NCBI GenBank assembly: GCA_964552755.1
Contig: CAZKHX010000002.1
Span: forward strand, 4,775-68,774
Direction of reading: 5' to 3'
Source of the DNA: Candidatus Micrarchaeota archaeon
GTDB taxonomy: Archaea; Micrarchaeota; Micrarchaeia; Anstonellales; Bilamarchaeaceae
Length of the DNA: 64,000 bases
Positions within the stretch are counted from its first letter, which is position 1, and the number at the start of each line of letters is the position of its first letter. The notes beneath the pieces were generated by a model. The model was not told where the DNA came from. It was given only the letters and a program-made list of their open reading frames with translations, and ran no database searches. A program made the translations under genes and the position numbers. This document shows, piece by piece, positions 21,321-30,566 of this stretch.

Positions 21321-22403
21321 ATGGCAACTGTTTCAACACTGGGGAGCCACTCGGCACTGGACGTGTGCGAGGGCGCGAAGAAGGAAGGCCTGAAGAATCT
21401 CGTTGTGTGCAAAAAGGGGAGGGAGAAAACCTATTCCCAGCATTACAAGGCGAGGAAGCGCAGCGACGGCCGCGAGGTCGGCGTCGTGGACGAAGTGCTC
21501 CTGCTCGATGATTTCAGGGAAATTGTGGGCGAAGAGGCACAGGGCAAGCTCGAAGGCTCGGTGTTCGTGCCCAACCGCTCGTTTTCCGTTTACGTCGGCT
21601 ATGACAACATAGAGAAGGAATTCCAGGTGCCCATTTTCGGGAACAAGCACCTGCTCCGCGCGGAGGAGCGCGACGTGCCGAAGAACCAGTACCTGCTCCT
21701 TGAAGACGCAAAAGTGAACATCGCAAGGACGTTTGCCCCTGGCAACATAGACGCGCTTGCGCTTGTGAAGGTGCAAGAGGCGGAAAGGAGCTACGAGCGC
21801 GCATTCTTCTTTGCATCTTCGCCCGAGGAATACGAAGCGAAAAGCAAGGAACTAATCGAAAAGGGCGTGATAAAGGAAGGCGACCTCAGGAACGCGAGAA
21901 TCGAGGAATTCATACTGGGCGCGCAGTTCAACTTCAATTTCTTCATGTCCCCGCTCACAGGGGAGCTTGAGCTCCTTGGGATAGACACCCGCAGGCAGAC
22001 CAATCTTGACGGGATTCTGCGGCTGCCCGCGCCCCAGCAGACCGAAGTGCTGAAGCACGCCCGCTTGACCACTATTGAAACGGGCCACATCGCATGCACC
22101 CTTCGCGAATCCCTCCTCGAAAAGGTGTTCGAAGCAGGCGAGCGCTTCGTGAAAACTGTAAAGAAGCATTATCCGGACGGCCTCATAGGGCCATTTGCCC
22201 TCCAGTCCGCAATGGAAGAGCGCGATGGCAAGGAGCGCGTGGTGGTGTTCGACGTGAGCTTCCGCATGCCCGGCTCGCCCGGCACGCGCTACACGCCGTA
22301 TTCCTCCTATCTGTACGGGGAAAGCGTAAGCTTCGGGAGGAGGGTTGCGATGGAAATCAGGGAAGCTGAAAAGGAGAACAGGATGGAGGAAATAACCACC
22401 TAG
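21321..22403 (+). CDS. purP: FAICAR synthetase PurP (ATP-grasp, archaeal purine biosynthesis), paralog 1
   Basis: VSTLGSHSALDVCEGAKKEGL N-terminus typical of PurP. AGGTGA 6 nt upstream of the ATG. 360 aa. Confidence 0.85.
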   Translation: MATVSTLGSHSALDVCEGAKKEGLKNLVVCKKGREKTYSQHYKARKRSDGREVGVVDEVLLLDDFREIVGEEAQGKLEGSVFVPNRSFSVYVGYDNIEKEFQVPIFGNKHLLRAEERDVPKNQYLLLEDAKVNIARTFAPGNIDALALVKVQEAERSYERAFFFASSPEEYEAKSKELIEKGVIKEGDLRNARIEEFILGAQFNFNFFMSPLTGELELLGIDTRRQTNLDGILRLPAPQQTEVLKHARLTTIETGHIACTLRESLLEKVFEAGERFVKTVKKHYPDGLIGPFALQSAMEERDGKERVVVFDVSFRMPGSPGTRYTPYSSYLYGESVSFGRRVAMEIREAEKENRMEEITT

Positions 22404-23656
22404 CGCTTGCTTCCGTTCCTTACCGGGCTCGGCATCCCGGACAGCGTAGTGACCCTCAGGTCCCTGCCATGCCGCGCCCTCTCCTGCTTTGCCTGCGCGG
22501 CCACTTGTTTCATGAGCGCACCGGGCTTCATCGGCCCCTGCCTCGGGAGGCCGAATTCCTGCTTGGGCATCCACTTTTCCTTAAGGAGCTTCTGAGCATA
22601 TCTCCGGTTCTCGTCGCTCAGGCCGCTGCTCTGGAAAAGCCGCTCCATCGCGTCCCGCGCCTTTTCCGTGCCTATCCTGTGGAGCTGGCCAAGCGCATTC
22701 CGTATCATCACGGGATTGTCAGTGTCCCTCCTGCAGAAGTTCTCAAGGAAATTAACGTGCACGGAGCCGTGGTTCCCGAAAATCCGCAATGCGTTTATGC
22801 GTATGAGCGGCTGGCTCTCTTCCATAGCCACTTTCTGCAGAATCCCAAACAGCTCTTTCTTGAGTATGTTCATCTCAACGAGCCTTTCGGCCACTTCCAC
22901 GACTGCGGCCCGCCTGCGCGGGTCGGAATCATTGCAGTAGTTGCCCTTCTCATCAATCAATACCTTCCCAAGCTCCCTCACCGCATGTGAGTTGCACCTG
23001 CCTGCCATCTCGCCCATGAGGTAGATGCCTATCTCGGCCCGCTTTTCATCCGGGTCGTCCACAAGCGTTTTTATCTCATCAAATGCCAGGAAGTCGTTTC
23101 TCTGCGCAAGCGCGCGCAGGGCCCGGAAGCTGAGCATTTCCCAGTCGCTCCGCGCTGCATTCCTGAGCACTGCGGCAACCTCAGGCCGTTCGTCCTTTGC
23201 CATCTCGTTTATGGCGTCCTTGGCCATCCTTTCCGCGAGCATGCCAAGCCTCCCTTTCCCCCCGGCTTCTTCAGGGCCTTCCGCTTCACCTATGCTTTCG
23301 TTGTATTTTTCCATGGCGACCCAGAGTATGCGCGCCCATTCGTTCCCATTGGGCCGCGGCAGCCTTTCCAGGAGCCCCGCAAGCTTCCCACCCAGCGCAT
23401 TCTCCTTCTTTGAAAGCACCCAGAAATAGACGACATCGCGTCTCTTGAGCAGGGCCCTGAGCACCATCGCCTTTACATTCTTTTCCGCAACGTTGTCCTC
23501 GCCCATGCTCTCATATACGAAATAGAGCGCCTTGGTCGCGGCCTCCCCCTCCATCTCCTGCATTTTGAGGATGGAGGGCTTGAGCTCCCCGAATTTGAGC
23601 GTGATGACATTCTCCATCAGTTCGTGCAGTTCTCCCGGAAACTCGCCCTTCCCCAT
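22400..23656 (-). CDS. HEAT-like repeat protein (hypothetical)
   Basis: Repeats such as DSDPRRRAAVVEVAERL, ESQPLIRINALRIFGNHG, DTDNPVMIRNALGQLHRIG. Start set to ATG 23656, which has a TATA box 28 nt upstream. ORF-track start is 23716. Confidence 0.45.
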   Translation of the reverse strand: MGKGEFPGELHELMENVITLKFGELKPSILKMQEMEGEAATKALYFVYESMGEDNVAEKNVKAMVLRALLKRRDVVYFWVLSKKENALGGKLAGLLERLPRPNGNEWARILWVAMEKYNESIGEAEGPEEAGGKGRLGMLAERMAKDAINEMAKDERPEVAAVLRNAARSDWEMLSFRALRALAQRNDFLAFDEIKTLVDDPDEKRAEIGIYLMGEMAGRCNSHAVRELGKVLIDEKGNYCNDSDPRRRAAVVEVAERLVEMNILKKELFGILQKVAMEESQPLIRINALRIFGNHGSVHVNFLENFCRRDTDNPVMIRNALGQLHRIGTEKARDAMERLFQSSGLSDENRRYAQKLLKEKWMPKQEFGLPRQGPMKPGALMKQVAAQAKQERARHGRDLRVTTLSGMPSPVRNGSKR

Positions 23657-23680
23657 GACTAGATTATGTGCACGGAAGCA

Positions 23681-23688
23681 TTTAATAA
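23681..23688 (-). promoter_or_regulatory. TATA-like box (ttattaaa on minus strand) for the HEAT-like gene
   Basis: Box centre 28.5 nt upstream of ATG 23656. Confidence 0.35.
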
Positions 23689-23720
23689 GATAACTTCCAA
23701 CCACCAAGGCACACACTTGC

Positions 23721-25544
23721 CTATCTGCCCATCCCGAAGAAGAATTCCTTCAGCACAAGCCCGTAGCCGATGCCAAGAGTGTTATCCACCACTTTGCCCG
23801 CAGGAGTATCCAGCGTGCCAACATAGCCGCCCCTGTCCCACATCTGCGCCTTGAACGTGTGCACCTTGTTGTGCCTCCCGTACATCGCGAGCGCCTTCAC
23901 TATCGAATGCCCGTTTATCCTGTACCCGTCCCCGTAGTCAATCAGGTAAGTCGAGCCCTTGGGCATCGCGCCGGTTATCACGTGCGCGCCTCCGGGCGCG
24001 TTCACTGAAACTGCCACCGCGGGGATGCCATTGTAGCTGAGGAACATCATCCCGAGCGAATGTATTCCCGCACATACCGCTATGCCTTCGTAGAACTGCT
24101 CCCTCAGCTCATCGGGTATGTTGCTGAATGAGCCGTACAGGTCAATTAGGCCTAAGTAATCGTGCAGGTATGCATAGATGTCCTGATGGCCCCTGCCCGC
24201 CATCCGCTTCACCGCGTCGTCGAAGAACCTCAGGCTCATCATGGCGGTCATCGCCTCGAAATTGTAGCCAATCTGCTCGACGGTCTTCGCCAGCCACCTC
24301 GTGGTGAGGATGAGCTGCTCCTCGGAAGCGCCCTCGAATGATTCGGAGTATTCCTGGAAATTCTCATAATCCAGCACGCGCTCGCTCGCCTCTGCTTCGT
24401 AGTCGATTTCGTCGGGCGTGAGCGGCACGTGCGGCGGATTGCGTATGTCCGGGAACATCGGTACCCCCCCGGGCCCCATGCGTTCGTGCGTGAACGCCCA
24501 AGAAGTGTTGAAGGGTGCACCGAAAGTGACCAGCCGCACGCCGCCCATTAGCATTGGCTCTGCCTCCCCGCCCAGCAACTCATTGAATATGCTCACCCCG
24601 CCCCCTACAAACGCTATTATGCCCACCCTGTCGGTTATTTCGAAATTCACGCCCGCAGTTGCGCCTATTTCGCTCTGCACCGAATCGTATTTCCCGTAAA
24701 CAAGCGCATTCGCCCATTTCAGCCTGCTCAGGATGCCGGCTTCGATAGACTGGAACTGCATGTTGTATTTCCCGACATAAGCGCTGCCCATCGCAGTGTC
24801 CGCGGCAAAGTAGGATTCCCAGATTACATACGGCTGGAGCATGAAGCCATTCCCCCAGTCCCACTGCATGGATGCGCCGCCCATTGCCTTGAAGAATATG
24901 TTGTCGTACTTGGGCGCGGAAAGCGCACCGCCGCCGACAGTTCCAACCCAGAGTGTAAGGTCTTTGTTGATCCTCTTCTCAAACCCGAGCCCGCCCATTG
25001 CGTAGATGTACCCTATTGAATTGATATTGGTGAGCGCGCCGGTGACCCCGAACTTGAAGAGCATCTTTGTGGGATTTTCGCCCCGCCCGAGCTTCAGTTT
25101 CCATTGCGGAAGCAGCGCAACTGCAACGAACGGGTACATCTGGTCGCCTATGAAGCTTATGCCGCCGGCCTTAACGCCCCCGTGCTCCCCGTAGTTGAGG
25201 GAAAGCGCGACAGAGGAACCTGCCTCGTTGCTGAAAATATCGCCACCGAGCGCAAGGTTCGACTTGAACGGCTTCCCCTGCCCCTCAAACTCAAACAGCT
25301 TCGGGGGCGTGTCCTCCGCAACCGCATCTCTTGAAGGCTGGAACGGGTTCAAATCAGATTCTATTGCGGGAGATGCCGCAAGGGAAAGCGCAAGCAGGGG
25401 CGCGGTTGCCCTGAAAGCAGTGCTTTTCGCCGCCCTTTCCGCAGCCTTTGCGGCTTTCTTTGCGGCGCGCGACGTAGCCCTGCCCGCTTCCCTGATGAAT
25501 TCCTTTGCGCGCGCGAGCCTCGGCCGCCCCTGCATCCTATGCAT
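23721..25544 (-). CDS. Hypothetical protein: basic N-terminus with hydrophobic segment, Gly/aromatic beta-rich middle, C-terminal transglutaminase-like (Cys-His-Asp) domain
   Basis: C-terminal GIAVCAGIHSLGMMFLSYNGIPAVAVSVNAPGGAHVITGAMPKGSTYLIDYGDG fits the transglutaminase-like core order C...H...D. By-eye assignment only. Confidence 0.4.
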   Translation of the reverse strand: MHRMQGRPRLARAKEFIREAGRATSRAAKKAAKAAERAAKSTAFRATAPLLALSLAASPAIESDLNPFQPSRDAVAEDTPPKLFEFEGQGKPFKSNLALGGDIFSNEAGSSVALSLNYGEHGGVKAGGISFIGDQMYPFVAVALLPQWKLKLGRGENPTKMLFKFGVTGALTNINSIGYIYAMGGLGFEKRINKDLTLWVGTVGGGALSAPKYDNIFFKAMGGASMQWDWGNGFMLQPYVIWESYFAADTAMGSAYVGKYNMQFQSIEAGILSRLKWANALVYGKYDSVQSEIGATAGVNFEITDRVGIIAFVGGGVSIFNELLGGEAEPMLMGGVRLVTFGAPFNTSWAFTHERMGPGGVPMFPDIRNPPHVPLTPDEIDYEAEASERVLDYENFQEYSESFEGASEEQLILTTRWLAKTVEQIGYNFEAMTAMMSLRFFDDAVKRMAGRGHQDIYAYLHDYLGLIDLYGSFSNIPDELREQFYEGIAVCAGIHSLGMMFLSYNGIPAVAVSVNAPGGAHVITGAMPKGSTYLIDYGDGYRINGHSIVKALAMYGRHNKVHTFKAQMWDRGGYVGTLDTPAGKVVDNTLGIGYGLVLKEFFFGMGR

Positions 25545-25610
25545 TGCCCCACCACGATTATTATGCCGCCTGCCCTATAAAACTCTTTCTAATTAGTGGA
25601 AAAACATGTG

Positions 25611-26591
25611 CTAGGCAATCCTCTTTGGCCACCGCGCCTTTTTCCTGCCGAGCAGCACTATGCGCGACTTTTCGCACTCGTCAATCTTTTCATAATCCGG
25701 AAGCAATCCAAGCAGCTTCCCGCACAGCCCCCCCACGTATTCGTGCGTGGGCATGTTGCCCTCCTCAAGCCTCTGCCTTGAATATCCGAGGAACATGTAT
25801 GCCTTCACTTCTATGAAATCCGGCTTGGATTCGGAAAACAATTTTGCGTATTGCGCAATGTGCCCCTCCATGTCGTTTATCCCCCTTATTACCGTAAGCC
25901 GCACAACGGTCCTGCAGGGAAGCTCCCCAAGCAGGGAAAGCGAGTGCACAAGCCTCGCCCACGCATCCCCATGCACCGGCCTGCACACCTTCTTCAGCAT
26001 CTCTTCATTGGAAGCCGCAACGGAGATATACAGCTGCGTGGGCAGCGCATCCCCATCGCGCAGCCTTTCAAGCATTTCCGGCTCCTGCCCGTTGCTCACA
26101 AGGAAAACGGTCTTCACCTCCGGCCGCGCCTTCAGCTCCCGTATCAACTCAGGCAGTTTAGGATAGAGCGTCGGCTCGCCTGAAAGCGAAATCGCCCAGT
26201 GCGAAGGGAATTCGGAGAAGGAAACGTCAAACTTGCCCCGTTCGGAGCCAATCCCGCCGATGCCGCTCAGCAGCCTCTTCCTCTGCGCAACCACCCCTTC
26301 GATTATCTGCGCGGGCCCCTCCGCCTGCTCCTCCGGGACCGGCCCCGGGCCCATCCATTCCATCGGCCTCCAGCAGAACATGCAGTTTTCGGAGCACCAT
26401 GCGGCGCACGGGCTCATCTGCGCGCAGCGGTAAGTGTCCACCCCGTAAAATTTGTCCTTGTAGCAGGTCCCCTGCCCCCTCAGCGCCTTCCGAGTCCAGG
26501 AGCAGATTTGCACTGCGGAGTGCCTCCCCGCAAGCCCGTATTTCTTCTTTTCGAACTCTTCCTTTGCGCCCGAAGAAAAAGAAAAATCCAT
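25611..26591 (-). CDS. taw1: tRNA 4-demethylwyosine synthase (radical SAM, Taw1/TYW1)
   Basis: HSAVQICSWTRKALRGQGTCYKDKFYG and radical-SAM CSENCMFC (CX3CX2C). 326 aa. Confidence 0.85.
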   Translation of the reverse strand: MDFSFSSGAKEEFEKKKYGLAGRHSAVQICSWTRKALRGQGTCYKDKFYGVDTYRCAQMSPCAAWCSENCMFCWRPMEWMGPGPVPEEQAEGPAQIIEGVVAQRKRLLSGIGGIGSERGKFDVSFSEFPSHWAISLSGEPTLYPKLPELIRELKARPEVKTVFLVSNGQEPEMLERLRDGDALPTQLYISVAASNEEMLKKVCRPVHGDAWARLVHSLSLLGELPCRTVVRLTVIRGINDMEGHIAQYAKLFSESKPDFIEVKAYMFLGYSRQRLEEGNMPTHEYVGGLCGKLLGLLPDYEKIDECEKSRIVLLGRKKARWPKRIA

Positions 26592-26600
26592 TTGCCCCTC

Positions 26601-27236
26601 TCACTTCTTTTTTGCGGCCTTCTTTTCCGTTTTCTTGGCCGGCTTCTTCGCAGGGGCCTTTGCCTTTTCGAGCTTCGCCACGCCCTTTGCAAGCTGCCTG
26701 AGGTCCTTCTCAAGGATGTCGCATGCGCGCAGCAGCATCTCGCTCGGGCCCATCGAGAGGAAGCTCTCGGCCTTTATCGTGACCGTGCCGTCCTCATTGG
26801 GCACGCATGCGCCCATTCCTGCCTGGTGCTTTGCATGCGTCCTGCCGTCCCCGAGGACTGCCTTGCCCTCCAGCCGCAGGCTCTGCCCCTCGAACAGGGT
26901 AATGATGGGTATCTTCGGCTCCGCAACGCTGATTGCCGCGTCGTTGCTCGTGAGGTCGCCGCTGTACACCCTCTTCGGCCCGGCCGCATCGAGCGTGAAG
27001 GTCACCTCGACGCTTTCGGGAAGGCCCTTCGGCGTCTTTATGGGCAGCAGGCCCATGCGGTGCGCAATGTACTCGTCGAATACCGAGCTCGTGTTGTCGT
27101 AGAGCGTAATGGTGTCAATAGCGAGCACAGGCACCCTGCTCATCGCATAGCGCCTTATCGCGTTCGCGACCGGAAGCGAAATCCCCTTCGCTTCTACTAC
27201 AACCCTTCCCTTGTCTTCTTTCGCGGAAAGCTGCAT
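26601..27236 (-). CDS. rpoD: DNA-directed RNA polymerase subunit D (Rpo3) with Lys-rich C-terminal tail
   Basis: ISLPVANAIRRYAMSRVPVLAIDTITLYDNTSSVFDEYIAHRMGLLPIK. Only 2 Cys, so no Fe-S domain. Tail AKLEKAKAPAKKPAKKTEKKAAKKK. Confidence 0.85.
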   Translation of the reverse strand: MQLSAKEDKGRVVVEAKGISLPVANAIRRYAMSRVPVLAIDTITLYDNTSSVFDEYIAHRMGLLPIKTPKGLPESVEVTFTLDAAGPKRVYSGDLTSNDAAISVAEPKIPIITLFEGQSLRLEGKAVLGDGRTHAKHQAGMGACVPNEDGTVTIKAESFLSMGPSEMLLRACDILEKDLRQLAKGVAKLEKAKAPAKKPAKKTEKKAAKKK

Positions 27237-27809
27237 TCAGACCCTCCTTCCCCTTCTCCCCCCCTTCCTCTTCATGGAATCGGTAGGCACCGGGGTTACG
27301 TCCTCTATCTTGCCCACCCGCATCCTCGCCCTTGCGACGGTCCTCACGACCGCCTGTGCGCCGCCTCCCGGGGTCTTTGACCTGTTGCCCCCGGGCGCGC
27401 GTATGCGTATGTGCACTGTGTCGACCCCCTTTTCCCTGAGGTCGTTCACAACCTTGAGCGCGGCCTGCATCGCCGCGTATGGCTTCCCTTCCTCGCGGGA
27501 GCTCTTCACCATCGCGCCGCCGCTTGCCCATGAAAGGGTCTCTGCGCCGCTGACATCGGTTGCGGTGATGATGGTGTCGTTCTTTGAAGAATATACGTGC
27601 ACGACTGCGATTTTGCCCTTCTTCTTTGGCTTCTTCTCCTCCGCGGCAGGCGCTTCCGCCCCCTCCTTCTTTTCAGGGGGCGTCCCTTCGGCTTTCGCCG
27701 CGGGCTTCTCCCCTGTTTTTGGGGCCGGCTCCTCTTTTGCCCCAGCCGCGGGCTTCTCCTTCACTTCAGCCGCCTTCTCTTCCTTTTCGGGTTTCTCTTC
27801 CTTTGCCAT
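27237..27809 (-). CDS. rps11: 30S ribosomal protein S11 (uS11) with about 60-aa K/E/A/P-rich N-terminal extension
   Basis: Core [32 protein letters not shown]...[18 protein letters not shown]...[10 protein letters not shown]. Extension [31 protein letters not shown]... Confidence 0.9.
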   Translation of the reverse strand: MAKEEKPEKEEKAAEVKEKPAAGAKEEPAPKTGEKPAAKAEGTPPEKKEGAEAPAAEEKKPKKKGKIAVVHVYSSKNDTIITATDVSGAETLSWASGGAMVKSSREEGKPYAAMQAALKVVNDLREKGVDTVHIRIRAPGGNRSKTPGGGAQAVVRTVARARMRVGKIEDVTPVPTDSMKRKGGRRGRRV

Positions 27810-27817
27810 GTTCCCAC

Positions 27818-28552
27818 CTATGCGGCCTCCGCCTTGGCTCCTTCCTTCTTCTCCTCAGGAGGCTTCTCCGCCTTCTCGCCTTTTGGCCCTTCGGCCGGCT
27901 TTTCCTCCTTCTTTTCAGCAGGTTTCTCCTGCCCCTCTTTCTTCTCTTCCTTGGGAGCCCCCTTCCCGCCTTCAGCAGGCGCCTCCCCCTTTGCCTCCGC
28001 AGGCGCGGCCTCGGCAGGCTTTGCCCCTGCCGGGGCTTCCGCCTCTTCTTCCTCTTCCTTCTCGGAGATTGCGAGGTCTATCGGCTTGTAGTATGCAATC
28101 AGTGCATCCTCTGCAGCGGTGACAAGGTAACTTGGGGTGGAAACTTTCCTGTCCCCTACTGCAATGAACCCGTGGGTGATGAGCTGCCTTGCCTGCTTCA
28201 TGCTCTTCGAAAGTCCCTTCCTGTAGACGCGGCTCTGCAGCCTCCTCTCAAGCACGTCGCGCGCGGTAAGCGAAAGCACGTCTTCCACTTTCGAGCCCTG
28301 CTTGAGGATGTCGAGGCGCGCAAGCTTTGCCATGAGCGTTTCCTCATCGCCCCTCCGTTCCTCCTCGGTAAGCGAGAGCAGCCTCCTGGCCTCGCGCCTC
28401 ACCTTCTTGAGCTCCTGCACCATGACCCAGAGCTCCCTCATGCTCTTGAGGCCAAACTCGGTCTTGAGAGCGCCTTCCTCCTTGATGCGCTCCTTGGTCC
28501 AGAGCTTCTTGGGGTTTTCATACTTGTTGGTGAACTTCCGCGGGTCTCCCAT
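27818..28552 (-). CDS. rps4: 30S ribosomal protein S4 (uS4) with about 80-aa E/K/A/P-rich C-terminal extension
   Basis: [18 protein letters not shown]..., and S4 domain [25 protein letters not shown]. Tail [25 protein letters not shown]...[11 protein letters not shown]. Confidence 0.9.
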   Translation of the reverse strand: MGDPRKFTNKYENPKKLWTKERIKEEGALKTEFGLKSMRELWVMVQELKKVRREARRLLSLTEEERRGDEETLMAKLARLDILKQGSKVEDVLSLTARDVLERRLQSRVYRKGLSKSMKQARQLITHGFIAVGDRKVSTPSYLVTAAEDALIAYYKPIDLAISEKEEEEEAEAPAGAKPAEAAPAEAKGEAPAEGGKGAPKEEKKEGQEKPAEKKEEKPAEGPKGEKAEKPPEEKKEGAKAEAA

Positions 28553-28560
28553 TCAAACAC

Positions 28561-29175
28561 CTATTTCTTCTCCTTCTTCTCCGCGGGCTTGGATTCTGCG
28601 CCCCCTGCGGACTTGGCCGCCGCGGCCTGCTGCTGCAGGGACTTCCTGAGGACACCGAGGGCCATGCCCTTCCTGCCCGTATTCTTTGTCCTCTGGCCCC
28701 TCACCTTCTGGCCGTATGCGTGCCTGTAACCCTTCCAGGTGTAGAGCTTCTTCTCCTTTTCGATGTCCTGGCGGATTGCGAAAATGAGGTCGTTCATGAT
28801 AACGTGCACATCCTCCCCCGAGTCGAAGTCCTTCTGCCTGTTTAGCAGGAATTTCGGCACATCGCGCTTGTGGATGGAAGTGAGTATGGCATCAATCTTC
28901 TCAATCTGCTCGTCCGAGAAGCTGCCGGACTTCGTATCCGGGCCGATTCCCAGCTCCTGGGAAATGACTTCAGAGGCCACCTTTGCAGTGGTGTGGCCGA
29001 AGCCGCGCACCCTGAGGAGCGCCCTCTTGAGCGGCACGTGGCCCTTTATGTCCTTGCCTGCAATCCTGACTATCCCCCTGAGGCTCTCGTCAATCTCCTC
29101 TCCCTTCCTGGGCTTTCCCTTGGGGGCGCCCTTCACGGGCTCTTCCTTCTTTGGAGCTTTTGCTTTCTTTGCCAA
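28561..29175 (-). CDS. rps13: 30S ribosomal protein S13 (uS13) with basic N- and C-terminal extensions
   Basis: IVRIAGKDIKGHVPLKRALLRVRGFG..., YRHAYGQKVRGQRTKNTGR. TTG start 4 nt after GGTGAT. Confidence 0.9.
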   Translation of the reverse strand: MAKKAKAPKKEEPVKGAPKGKPRKGEEIDESLRGIVRIAGKDIKGHVPLKRALLRVRGFGHTTAKVASEVISQELGIGPDTKSGSFSDEQIEKIDAILTSIHKRDVPKFLLNRQKDFDSGEDVHVIMNDLIFAIRQDIEKEKKLYTWKGYRHAYGQKVRGQRTKNTGRKGMALGVLRKSLQQQAAAAKSAGGAESKPAEKKEKK

Positions 29176-29357
29176 TTAATCACCGAGTGAACACTATCTT
29201 TCAAAGATTACACGGTAAAGAACGTGTGAACTCTATTTACCTTGGTAACGTTTAAATTCCTTGCCCCTCCCTTCTCTCGGTTTGCCGACGTGGGGCAATT
29301 GTGTCAAAATAAGTAATAATGGTAAGCTTTTAATCTCCAACGGGACAATATGCCATC

Positions 29358-30521
29358 ATGGAGAGGATAGCCCGGGGCGCATGCAATGGTTCCGAGAAGG
29401 GTGCGCGCCCTGAGAACCGGGGCAGGATGAGGGCGCAGGCCGGCATGGAAAAGCCTGAGCCCGAAAAATCCCCATTCAGCGCAAAGCAGCTGCTTGCAAT
29501 GGCCGCGATAGTGCTTGCGGCAGTTTCATTTTCAAAATGCGGGGGTTCAGAAAAATTCAGGGCAGATTCATCAGAAGACACACGGCAGGACATGCCTGCG
29601 GAAGTGGCGGATGCGCCGGTCGAAACGCCGGACCTCCCGCCCGAGGTTGAGGATGCGCCGGACCTTGACGCCCTCCCGGACCTGACAGATATGGTTGAAG
29701 AGGATGTGGGGGAGGATGAGGGCCCGCCCCCCGAGCCCACCTATGACCGGCTTTCGCTTGACCGGGAAAGCCGTACAATGTTTACGTTCACCGATGGTTC
29801 CGGGGAAGTATGCTACACTGAAACCGAAGGCCTTTACCTGCTTGAGACCCGGGACAGCGAGTTCACGCTGAGCGGCGGGTATGCGGGCGCAGGCACCCGG
29901 TCCGGCAGCAGGGCATTCATAATCTATGAATTCTCTTCGCCCGCCACCAGCTGCACCGGCCTCGAGCCGGTAAACGGCTCCGCGGTGCTGGAGACGCCCG
30001 GCGGCACGATGTATTTCTACCAGTATCCGGAAACAGGCCCGCTCGAGATTTCCTACCCGTGGGCAGGCGAGAACAGCCATATACTAATATACAACCGGGC
30101 GGACGCACCGCATGGCGATGAGGCACACAAAGGGAAAGTGCAGGTCTATCTTGTCGGCCCGGTTGGGCAATATGAAATCGAAGAGGGCGTATTCGCCAAC
30201 ATCGTTGAGGCGCTCGGCGTGAAAATCAACGAGTCCGGGCATCTCCTCTCAATCTTCGAGGACATGGAGGGCAAGGCCGGGCTTTTCGTCATGGATGAGT
30301 GGCATGCCACCGATGCAGGCACAACCATCGCCTTTGATTTCCACGGCTATGCGAGCGGGGAAGATTACGAACAGGGCTTCATTTCCCCGCGCGGCACCGA
30401 GCTCAGCGCCAGGTCGGTTAGCACCGCAGTGCTCTTCGTGCCGGACTATTCCCAGTGGTGGAAAGTCGTTGGCCTGGACCTGTGCTGGGATGAGATGTCC
30501 CACCGGCTCGACCCCTGCTGA
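29358..30521 (+). CDS. Hypothetical secreted/lipoprotein-like protein
   Basis: Hydrophobic LLAMAAIVLAAVSFSKCGG followed by an acidic Pro-rich linker. Start is uncertain (in-frame ATGs also at about 29424 and 29445). Confidence 0.45.
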   Translation: MERIARGACNGSEKGARPENRGRMRAQAGMEKPEPEKSPFSAKQLLAMAAIVLAAVSFSKCGGSEKFRADSSEDTRQDMPAEVADAPVETPDLPPEVEDAPDLDALPDLTDMVEEDVGEDEGPPPEPTYDRLSLDRESRTMFTFTDGSGEVCYTETEGLYLLETRDSEFTLSGGYAGAGTRSGSRAFIIYEFSSPATSCTGLEPVNGSAVLETPGGTMYFYQYPETGPLEISYPWAGENSHILIYNRADAPHGDEAHKGKVQVYLVGPVGQYEIEEGVFANIVEALGVKINESGHLLSIFEDMEGKAGLFVMDEWHATDAGTTIAFDFHGYASGEDYEQGFISPRGTELSARSVSTAVLFVPDYSQWWKVVGLDLCWDEMSHRLDPC

Positions 30522-30545
30522 TGAGAAAAAGCGAGGTAGGCCTAA

Positions 30546-30566
30546 GGGTTTTTCATGAAAGTTTTT
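30546..30566 (+). terminator. Oligo-T runs downstream of the 29358-30521 gene
   Basis: gggttttt and agttttt within 45 nt after the stop. Confidence 0.35.

Noticed and set aside
24464-25184. Calling the beta-rich segment of the 607-aa protein an outer-membrane porin.
   Set aside because: The pattern is suggestive only. Without structure prediction, and given the archaeal context, a porin call is not supportable, so it is kept as a hedged finding.
27600-28080. Nucleotide-level tandem repeats in the S11/S4 tail region (recurring gcgggcttctcc, cttcttc) as a separate repeat element.
   Set aside because: Explained by codon-level low complexity of the K/E/A/P tails. No long exact repeat unit was found, unlike the 78-nt family-A match.
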